A stretch of 64,000 bases of DNA from Macrostomum lignano (taxonomy: Eukaryota): NCBI GenBank assembly GCA_002269645.1, contig NIVC01000476.1:1-64000 (forward strand), in the 5' to 3' direction. The notes beneath the pieces were generated by a model. It saw only the letters and a program-made list of their open reading frames with translations, did not search any database and was not told the DNA's origin. This document shows, one piece after another, positions 1-10,175 of the stretch. A program made the position numbers and the translations under genes. How positions within the stretch are numbered: the first letter of the stretch is position 1; each line of letters starts with the position of its first letter.

Positions 1-430
1 CACCCACTCCTTCACCCACCCCACTCCTTCCCCCACCCCACTCCTTCCCCCACCCCACTCATTCACCCACCCCGCTCCTTCACCCACGCCACTCCTTCCC
101 CCATCCCACTCCTTCCCCATCCCACTCATTCACCCACCCCACTCCTTCCCCCACCCCACTCCTTCCACCCACTCCTTCACCCACCCACTCCTTCCCCCAC
201 CCCACTCCTTCCCCCACCCCACTCATTCACCCACCCCGCTCCTTCACCCACGCCACCCTTTCACCCACCTACTCCTTCAGTCACCCCACTACTTCCCCCA
301 CCCCACTACTTCCCCCACCCCACTCCTTCACCCACCCCACTCCTTCACCCACCCCACTACTTCCCCCACCTCACTCCTTCCCCCACCTCACTACCATCAC
401 CCACCTCACTCTTTCACCCACCTCGCCCGC
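1..430. repeat. C/A-rich minisatellite (cacccaccccactcctt-like units)
   Basis: Degenerate 12-17 bp tandem units; the same array and the same downstream flank (aacacagaga..aaagcaaagacaaaaa) recur at 17370-18110. Confidence 0.95.
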
Positions 431-606
431 CAACCATGTCAACACAGAGATGAAAGCAAAGACAAAAAACAGTGAATGATTCACAACGCTTCACAGATAG
501 TTGCGCTTCTCGATTCAGTGATTAAAAATGTCCATATTTGCTACTTAAAAGCAATCAGTAGCAAGCAGTGCTTATAAACAGTATTATCATTTAAATTCGA
601 ATTAAG

Positions 607-1098
607 GCAAGCGAAGGCCAGCATCAGCAGCAGTCGAAGGACACCACAGCGGTGGCGGACCCAGCCGCCTTCCCCCAGTCGGTGCTGCACCAGCGCACCC
701 CGTCGGGCAGGTTCAACTCAGTGAAGCGCCGGCAGCTGCAGCAGCTGGCCAGGCGAACCCGCTGGTTCATGTCCTCCTCGGCTGGCGACGCCGGCGATCT
801 CGACGATTTCGAGTCCGACGAAATCGACAGCTTCGTCGATGGTGGCCGCGCGTTGGACTCGACGGCTTCTGCGGCGGTGGTTTTAGAGAGGCCGCTGCTG
901 CACAGTTTCTACAGCCTACCGTCAGCACAGGAGCAGCAACAGCAGCAACAGCAGCAACAGCAGTTAGCTGAGCCACAGGTCCAGCAGACTCCCGACCTTC
1001 AGCAACAACAGCAGCAGCAGCCGCTGTGCTCGAGTCCAGCTTTGATCACCGAGCAGCGCTACTTCCTGGTGAACCGGAACTATGGAACTGACTCTTAG
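607..1098 (+). CDS. Probable terminal (cytoplasmic-tail) exon with polyQ of an upstream receptor gene copy
   Basis: Open frame from ttaag|GCA (607) to TAG at 1096-1098; GC-rich and codon-like; phase 0 matches the phase-0 donor of the TM exons (..PDPN|gtgag). It lies at the position that follows the TM exon in the tandem unit. Confidence 0.55.
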   Translation, partial: ASEGQHQQQSKDTTAVADPAAFPQSVLHQRTPSGRFNSVKRRQLQQLARRTRWFMSSSAGDAGDLDDFESDEIDSFVDGGRALDSTASAAVVLERPLLHSFYSLPSAQEQQQQQQQQQQLAEPQVQQTPDLQQQQQQQPLCSSPALITEQRYFLVNRNYGTDS

Positions 1099-1792
1099 CT
1101 GAAGTCCCCCCCTAGCCTTTGACACTGTTCAATCAAATAAGTTGTTCGAGCTCATCTAGATGTTCAATCTGACCTTCGAGACCTTTAACAGGAGGTATTT
1201 GGATGAAAAAGAGTTTATATAAAAATTTGCTGTCTGTTTCTGTTTCAGTACTAGAAGTAGTGCTGTTGGCAAGCGTTTTTTATTCCACAAATTTTATCTA
1301 TAAGCGGATTGCTAGTCTAACTGTATGCTATCGTAGATTAGCAATCCATTCTAATTTAACAGACAGTCTTACTAAATGAGTACATTATTTATTGTATGTG
1401 CAATATGATTCACTTCCAAATTTCATTTAATTTTGCTTTCCTGTACATAAAAATGCATGAATTCATTGCTTGTTATTCATCATTTTAACTGGTACAGTTT
1501 TTAGCTTATGTTCTTTTTTACTGAAATCCAGCACTAACAATCAGAACTGATCAATGCACCTCTGCTGTTTCTATGCATATCCGTCTCTCTTCACACACTG
1601 CAAGCATTCCGGAGTCTTTGATTCTGATAATCCACTTCTTCTAGCACTTCTCTGTGAGTGTTGGCAATGGAATTGAGCTTTGTGATATTGATTTATTTGG
1701 ATTTCCTCTTTGGTTGTTGGAGCCCAAGTTCTGAAGACCTTTTGTTTAACTGGAAATGTAAATGGTTAATGTGTTATTTAGTAAACACTAAA

Positions 1793-1985
<193 letters not shown>

Positions 1986-3418
1986 GTTTTAGAAGAGTTT
2001 CAGCGAATTCAACCTACCGATATGTATCGAAATATAGATTTCTTTTACTGGCTGCACTTTTACTTGACGGTTTGTGTACTTTTCGCTCTTTTTGCATGGC
2101 CGTTCAGCACTGCCCTGAGGAAAGGGGATCAGAGCCGCAGGATTTGCACCCTCGCACCGGGCACTGCACTGCTCTGGTGCAGCTGCACCAATCGGTTAAG
2201 CGCACCTGTACTGCTATAAACTGTTTATCATCCTCCCTGCGGCCTGATCCCCTTTTTCGGACTGCTGGCTGAAACATTTCGCCGAATATTTCTGTCGATC
2301 GCCTCGCTTTTCCTTGTTTTAATTTTTGATTTTGTCATTTGAGCTCTACAGCAGATGCAATGGGGAGTCCGACTCCTGCCAATGGCGTTTGATAATCACT
2401 GATTGAGTAGCTTTGCTTGCCTCTCTGACTTGCGTGTGTTCCAGTGACTGATTGACTGACTGATTGATAACTCTTATCTGATTGTTTTATTACTCCGTTA
2501 ATCAGAAATGCGAATAAAGCGTTGCGAAAACTAAAGTATTACTGAAGCTGAAATTTTTTTTGTTTTAGGAGTTTTGAAGATTGTCTGAATTGGTTTTGTT
2601 TTGTTTTATCTGCCTGAGTAAGTTTCACAGATTGCAATCCTAGAATTGCCGATGCGTGATTGGCTAAGAAGTCTGGCCAATCTGCGTGCTATATTAAACT
2701 CCTCCTAAATATATGCACTTTTAAGGAGTAATGCAACAACAACAAGCTTTTATTGCCCTGTGAAAAGCGGCTCTCGTGAGCTACGAGCGTGTAAAGCAGT
2801 AAAACCATTTTATACTACAAGCCTGCGCATTCAATTAGTTGATAGACCAAGTCAATAGAAAATGGTTTAACTGCTATCGTTAGTTAATTGCTCCCATTTG
2901 ATAAACAACTAACTCTGGTATAAGAAATATCGTAAAAGAAGGGTGAAGGGTGCTATTAGAGACCATAAAAGTGGTAAATATTGTACTCAGCAAAACAGCT
3001 CACAGAAAAGAGTACATGTCGGAATCTAAGCTGATTCGTGATGTTTTAAGATGCAACAATGTTTGTTGAAATTGGCGTTGACTCTCATTGAGCCGAAATC
3101 GAGATGCAGTACGGAATTCTTCGAAGAGTTTATCCTTTGCCTGAATTGCCTGGGTCGCCAAACGTTGGCGTCTTTATCGTCAGAGCCCAGGTCACTGTCC
3201 GAAAACATGACAAAAAGACACTCCTACTAACCTAAGAGTACAATTTGGCCCTTGAAATCTAACTATCGGAGTTAGGAGCTAGAAATGAAATTCGCTCCTT
3301 CTATAGGACACGCACTCCTAAAATTCACTCCGAAACGGCAACATCCAGCACCCACAGTAGCTCCAACTCCTCTCTCCTTATTCTTTAGCACTTGCAGAAA
3401 CCTTTATGAGGTCTCCTA

Positions 3419-3613
3419 CAGGCGCGGATCCAGGAATTTATTGAGGGGGGCCAACTTTTTTCATGCTGCCCGAGTAGGAACCCACCCCAAGGCCCAAGCC
3501 CTTTCTTTACTTACTGGTAGAAGGGGGCCAAAGGCCAAGAGCAGAATTTTTTTCGAGGCAGCTGAGGGGGGGGCCATGGTCCCCTTGCCCCCCCCCCCCA
3601 GGATCCGCCACTG
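3419..3613. mobile_element. hAT-type MITE
   Basis: Termini CAGGCGCGGATCC / GGATCCGCCACTG; 8-bp TSD gtctccta (3411-3418 and 3614-3621); empty site in copy 2 at ~20491. Confidence 0.9.
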
Positions 3614-5744
3614 GTCTCCTAAAATGGTCTCCTTAAAGGAGCCTCCTAGCTCTTAAAATTACTCTTGATTCTATAGCACAGGCACTTCCTCCCCAACTTA
3701 CGTCTATGGCCGATCATAAGTTGCTTTTGAGAAAGACCCCCCAGGCAGGCAGAAAATGAATGAGGATCTTCTGTCCTCACATTTCTTCAAGCCCCTCACT
3801 GCTGAGAGAAGCTGCTGATTCCGCCATCTTCGCCCGCCTCATTGGCCTCCAATCTCGCACCTCGCTTGCCTGCTTTGCAGCCAGCCAGCCAGCCAATCTT
3901 CTTCCAGCCTATGGGCTGCGGCTGCACTTCCGCCTCCACACGCAGCCCTGCCGCTTTCCTATAAACATCGGCTCGACTAAGGTTGGGAGGCCCAGCGATA
4001 CCACAGCTGTTGCTAGCAGCAGCTTATATGTAAAATTGTTTTTTTACAAAGTACAGCTCTGCGATATGACTGTCCACATGAAGGAACTTCTGTGCCTTGC
4101 AATCATTTCGTACTGTATAAGTAACAGTAAGTGACTACGACTGTTTCTCCTTAAAGTTAAAGAATTCAATTATTTTTGCTGATGCTGATCAGTGGGATTG
4201 AAAGTTTTCAGTTTTTGAGAACTAAGCTCTGGATGAGGTTTCGCCATTGGGAAATTCTGTGGGGAGAATTTGCACACTACAACCAGAAACAGCTGAGATT
4301 TCGTTCACTGAAACTGTGTGTTTATCTGCCGGTCTCCGGTAGCAGTTCCAGTGAAATCGTACTGGTAAACTGGTGAGCGTACCTCGGACACAAGGCATAC
4401 TTGCTGGATTTTGAATCCAGAAGTTCAGAAGTAAAAAAACACTGAAAACTTTCTTCTGCTTTAGCTGTCCATGGAGCAAATGTCCATGGAGTTTTAGTTG
4501 ACTTACGTGCAGTTCTATCTAATTGGCTGACTGTGACAAAAGCGTAAACAACGCACAATGGTCTCATAACAGGTCATATTTCGAAGTTGTTGAACCTCCA
4601 CATCCACAGGCTGTGCCATCAAGGTCTCCAGAGCTGAGATCGCCAATGCCTGGCAATCGTCTGTCTACAATCACCCAGAATGCGACTGCTTCATCAGATC
4701 AATGGACAAGCCGGGGCAGTGGGCCTATTTTCTTACCAGCGACACTCCGGACCCCTCCGGCTACCAGTGGCTGCTGCTGAAGCTGTTTCGAAGTGTCCCA
4801 GTGCGCTCCATCACTGTCTATGGGAGACAGGAGGGTGAGTCCCCTTCACATTTCAGTATCACTCTGTATAAAATTTCGCACCAGAATTTGCCCCTTAAAC
4901 GTTTCTCAGTCAGCCACAGAGCCCTGGGCATCGAAGTGCTGCTCAGTGAGGAGAAGCCAGCCGGTCTGGATGAGGATGCACCCAACTGCACTGCAGCCAA
5001 TTTCAGTCACAGTCTGTCCGGATTCCAACACTGCGGCTTCACCAGAAATGACAGCAGCAAGTCACTCAGGTCGCACTTGGTGCATGAAGTGACCTGCTCA
5101 GCTGAGGCCGATGTCAAGGTTTGTCACCCAGTTGCTGCTAATCTTTCAATATTGGAATTCGCAGTGCTGCAGCATCGCATTGCAGATGGGGCAGTATGTG
5201 CTGCTGAGGAAGTTCGTGGCCAATCAGACTGACAAGATGATGAACTTTGAGCTGCTTGAAATTGAGAAAAGAGACTGCTTTCAGCGTAACAGAGACAGCA
5301 GCTCTGGCTGCTCTCCAGCTGACTTCTGCAGGCAATATCAGAGCGGATGCTTTGTGGAAGACTTGTCTCAGCTCAAGCTCAATGAGAAAGTGATGACTCG
5401 AGCTCGGCTGCCAGGAAACTGCAGAGCACCTGCTGCATCAAACTGCAGCATCAGAATGCGGAACGGCAGTGATCTCTTGGAGTTGAGTTCGGTAAGAGTT
5501 CGATTGAGATAAATACTTGAGCTTGCACCAGATATGGGAATTAAACAGCGCAGATGGGCATTCGCATTGCAGAGGGCGGTCTTGGCCAGCTCTCTGATTC
5601 TGAGAACTTTTACAGTGCGGCTGCGGATGCACGGGGCGGATTTGAAGTGCCGACACAGCTGCAGCGGTGGGACTGCGATTGGCACTTCGCACACACTGGG
5701 TGTGCAGTCAGCCAGTGAGTCAGGCTTACAAACCCAGGCTTACA

Positions 5745-6030
5745 GCCCTGCACCACTCACTACTCAAACCCTTCCGGAGCCCTGCACTACTCACTACTCA
5801 AACTCTTCCAGAGCCCTGCACCACTCACTACTCAAACTCTTCCAGAGCCCTGCACCACTTACTACTCAAACCCTTCCGGAGCCCTGCACCACTCACTACT
5901 CAAACCCTTCCAGAGCCCTACACCACTCACTACTCAAACCCTTCCAGAGCCCTGCACCACTCACTACTCAAACTCTTCCAGAGCCCTGCACCACTCACTA
6001 CTCAAACCCTTCCAGAGCCCTGCACCACTC
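5745..6030. repeat. 34-bp intronic minisatellite (gagccctgcaccactcactactcaaacccttcca)
   Basis: Contiguous near-identical units without spacers. Confidence 0.95.
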
Positions 6031-6467
6031 ACTTTCTGCTCCTCGCAAACACCAGCTGGACAGACGGAGCAGCCGTCAATCTGACAGCTGACACACCGGG
6101 TTGCTACTGGATGCCAATCAGCCACAGCTGCTCTGTCCAGTCACAGCGAAATGGAAACACAGCGCTTCAGCTGCTGTCAGTGAGTCTCACACTGGCCCAT
6201 GGTTGCACCTGTGTATTGGGTGCATGGCAACAATGATCTGACATTTAGCTGTGAATACTGACTCATTTCAGAGCACGAACTCAAGCAGCACATTCTCAGT
6301 GATTGTGAGCAGGAGCTGGGGAAGCTCAGCATCCGTTTTGTGTCGGGTGAACCAGTCAGGACTGTTCAATGAACTGGCTCATCGCGAGCTGCCTGCAGTT
6401 CTGTGTAAGTGTCCATGTACTTGTGTTTGTTCTTGGATGCATGTTCTCCAGTTCAACAGTTAGATCC

Positions 6468-6850
6468 AATGCGGAACCAGTTCACCAGTTAGATCCAATG
6501 CGGAACCAGCTCACCAGTTGGATCCAATGCGGAACCAGTTCACCAGTTAGATCCAATGCGGAACCAGTTCACCAGTTAGAACCAATGCGGAACCAGTTCA
6601 CCAGTTAGATCCAATGCGGAACCAGTTCACCAGTTAGAACCAATGCGGAACCAGTTCACCAGTTAGATCCAATGCGGAACCAGTTCACCAGTTAGAACCA
6701 ATGCGGAACCAGTTCACCAGTTAGATCCAATGCGGAACCAGTTCACCAGTTAGAACCAATGCGGAACCAGTTCACCAGTTAGATCCAATGCGGTACCAGT
6801 TCACCAGTTAAACCCAATGCGGAACCAGTTCACCAGTTCAACCCCAATGC
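6468..6850. repeat. 29-bp intronic minisatellite (gttagatccaatgcggaaccagttcacca)
   Basis: Tandem units; shorter paralogous array at 24065-24290. Confidence 0.95.
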
Positions 6851-9454
6851 AGTTCACCTGACTGCCATACCGAACTGCATTTCAGACCGCAGCTCCGGCC
6901 TGTCAATCAAGCTGCCTCCTGGACGAATCCGCAGTGGAAGAGAAGCTCAAGTCACCCTGCAGACGCTGGAAACAGGAAATCCGCCTGCTCAGCACTTCTG
7001 CTCAATCGGTGGAGCCAATCTGAAACAGCTCAGAGTGAGTTACTCACTGTGAATTTTCAATGCAAAAATTATGCATACATTTATAAATTACTGACTCTTT
7101 TGACTCCAGCTGCCATCTGAGTCAAATGCTTCATCAGTGTGGCGACTCAATGCATCGGCCAGCCACAACCAGATGAGAGTCATCTGCCAGGTCGCTCAGA
7201 CTCGTACAGACGGCACACTTGTATTCAATCAGTATGTCAGCAGTGAGCAACTCGATGTGTCATGTGAGTGGATTGCAGTTCAGCTTCTCTGACCCATCAG
7301 CAACTCAGATTGCTGAGACAATTAACCATCCATGCTCACACCTGCACGAAAACAGACGCGTCAAACAGCTCATGGAATGCAACTCAGCCTCTGGTGATGA
7401 AGGAGGGCGAGCCCGTGTCAGTCTCAGTTCGGTCAGTTGGTGGCAACCCTGAGCCCAGTCACCGGTGCTGGCTGCGGACAGCCGAGGGTCTCAGCACCAG
7501 CATGACCAGGGCCCAAAACACCCCCGAGGCTCAAAATCTAGGCGTTGAGACGCTAGTGGAATCTGAGTTCAGCTTAAGTTCCACAAGGCAGATGAACGGA
7601 GGCTCCTTGGAGTGCAGGGTCTCTCAGCATGGCCTCGAAGATCTGGATGGCAGATTCACACAGAACGTTACTGTATATTGTGAGTTTTCAGCTTCATACT
7701 TGTTACAATAAGTAAGTAATTACCTGCTGAGCCCTGTTGCAGGTGTGTCAATTGGAACGTACTTGTGAATTACACTTTGTTCTATTTCATTGTTGATTTA
7801 TTAATTATTTATCTGTTTAGAGGCATGGACTGTCAGTCGACAGAAATGAATTATGCATCAATGATATACCTTTTCGCGTTGGGTCAAAAACGAATCTGGG
7901 TTAAATTTTTCTGCAGAAAAAAGTTGAAAATAACACGATGTTGTGGGCTTCTTTGATCTGCTCCGCAGCTCTAAAATTCCCTCAATATCCTTATTGAGCA
8001 TTCAACTCACGGAACCAATGACTGAGACCTGCACCGAGCTCTGAACACAATGATTTATTCCCGTTTTGAATTTTAAGCCTTTAATTGATGCTGTGGCAAT
8101 GGTGCCTGTTGTTAGCTCGTACTTAAATGGGACCAAAGATTATGGTATCGGGAACCCTGACCCGCTACGCTGTTTGCGAATTAACGGACGCTCCGTGATG
8201 TGCGGAGTCGTGATAGATAAGCGAGATAATGAGTAACATTTCGTACAAAACATTACTGTGTTCTGTGAGTAGGAAGGAACCTCTCGAACTTCTAGCAGAA
8301 AGCACGCACTAGCTACAGGTTGAAGCCCGACGTAACTTACCAAAATGGAAGGCAAAACTGTCATTGCACTGTCTTGCAGTTCCTTCGAACAGCATCGGTT
8401 GGACTGGCCAGCTGCTGAACGGCTCTGAGCTGAGTCTGCTGGGACGGACACAAGAAGGAAACCCGAGGCCCGAGCTGCACTGCTCGATCAAGTCCGACAC
8501 AGTCAGCATTGAAGGACTCACTGTGAGTTCATGTTTGTTGCTACCAAAGCTGCTGTCCATCATTGCTGTACATGCATTCTCAATGTCATTACTCACGGCC
8601 CTCTACTTGACCTTCGATGTTACTGAGCAGCTCACTCCTGAGCCCGATCTCAGAGGCAGCCACGGAGGCTGGATTCGGAGAGCTCGACTGACTCACCAGT
8701 TCTTTGAGCGACAGGATGAGGTCACTGTGACGTGTCTGATCAGCCAGAGCTGGCCCGGTCTTGGCGCTGTGTTCTCACCGGTGAAGAGCTCGAGGACTTT
8801 TCGAGCCGTGTTTTGTGAGCATTCAAGTTTTAGTTTGTGTGAGAATGCTCACAGGGTTCGATCACTGCTCACAAAGTACACATTGTCCTTCAGCGTGCGC
8901 TACAGGCAGCTCTGGTAGCGGGCGCAGTGGACGGCGCAGCGATTGCCGCGGCAGCCGCCGCTGCCAGCCAGGGTGCGGCCGTGGAGTTGCTGGCTGCTGC
9001 CAAGCCGCCCGACCCCAACGTGAGACTCAGTTTGTATCAAGCAGGCATTTCATGTGAGAATAACTCAGCAACACTTTTATTCCTTCCAGTCGGTTTACTA
9101 CTGTGCTGTGAGCAGAGGAGAGCGGCACGCAGTCCGTGAGGCATCCGATGGCTTCTGAGGAGGCGGTGTATGGCTTGCGATGCAGTTTTTTGTGAGCTTT
9201 TCCCGTACTGATATTTGACACTAACTAACAGATGAATTCTCGTTCTTGTCTTATCCAGATTCATTTAACGCGCACAGCAAATCAATATGGCTTGTAATTT
9301 TTGATAATTTTTTTTAATATTCAGCTCATACTTGAAAATTTCACTCGTTGCCGTGTTGCAGAAGGAGAAGCTGATATTTACATGGATCTGTTTCTCATTT
9401 TGCGAAGAGGTCTCTGTTAAAGGTACAAGATGTTGTTAAGTACGCTCGTATTCA

Positions 9455-9945
9455 GACTTGAAATGTTAAAATTTGTTAATTATTCAGACCTGAAATGTTA
9501 AAATTTGTTAATTATTCAGACCTGAAATGTTAAAATTTGTTAATTATTCAGACTTTTTGAATGTTAAAATTTATTAATTATTTAGACTTTAAATGTTAAA
9601 ATCTGTTAATTATTCAGACTTGAAATGTTTAAATTTGTTAATTATTCAGACTTTAAATGTTTAAATTTGTTAATTATTCAGACTTTTGGAAAGTTAAAAT
9701 TTATTAATTATTTAGACTTTAAATGTTAAAATTTGTTAATTATTCAGACTTTAAATGTTAAAATTTGTTAATTATTCAGACTTTTGGAATGTTAAAATTT
9801 ATTAATTATTTAGACTTTAAATGTTAAAATTTGTTAATTATTCAGACTTGAAATGTTAAAATTTGTTAATTATTCAGACTTGAAATGTTAAAATTTGTTA
9901 ATTATTCAGACTTTTGGAATGTTTAAATTTGTTAATTATTCAGAG
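9455..9945. repeat. ~32-bp AT-rich minisatellite (aatgttaaaatttgttaattattcagact..)
   Basis: Tandem units visible directly. Confidence 0.95.
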
Positions 9946-9989
9946 TGTAACCTGTTTATCTATGATTCTACTGCTTCTCCAGCTTTTAT

Positions 9990-10175
9990 GGGGTTGTGGG
10001 GTTATAGTGGTTAGAGCGTCGGATTCACGACTGAAAGATAAGAGGTTCGATTCTCGTCCCATTCGGAACAATTCTGTCCTTGAGGAAGACACTCAATTCA
10101 ACTCTGCATTGCTTCAGTTCACCAAGCTGTAAAATGGGTGCCAGCATTAGCTGGGGTAATTGAGGGTGTGTGGCG
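9990..10175 (+). mobile_element. tRNA-derived SINE with CORE/MIR-like body, truncated by a retrotransposon
   Basis: A-box (tagtggttagagc) and B-box (ggttcgattc), then gtccttgaggaagacact..ctgtaaaatggg, which resembles the MIR CORE; second copy at 26866. Confidence 0.75.

Larger units (their letters stand above)
2022..9019 (+). pseudogene. Copy 1 of F-type-lectin-like + multi-Ig type-I membrane receptor gene (disrupted)
   Basis: Signal-peptide-like exon at 2022. Phase-compatible exons 4610-4834, 4910-5118 and 5165-5714 give QWLLLKL..V.SITVYGR..C..GQYVLL..FELLEIE (FTP/F5-8C pattern) followed by Ig-like sequence (MHGADLKC). Further Ig exons at ~6050-9019 (MNGGSLECRVSQ, PRPELHC, VTVTCLISQ). Lesions: 1-nt frameshift in exon 1 relative to copy 2, TAA at 5510-5512, disrupted TM exon. 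Confidence 0.75.

Noticed and set aside
3026-3208. Harbinger-like transposase N-terminus (RPRQFRQRIN), also at 20105
   Set aside because: Only a short weak motif, with no catalytic domain or TIRs identified.
9995-10070. tRNA gene (also at 26866)
   Set aside because: A/B boxes run into a SINE body; no convincing acceptor stem.
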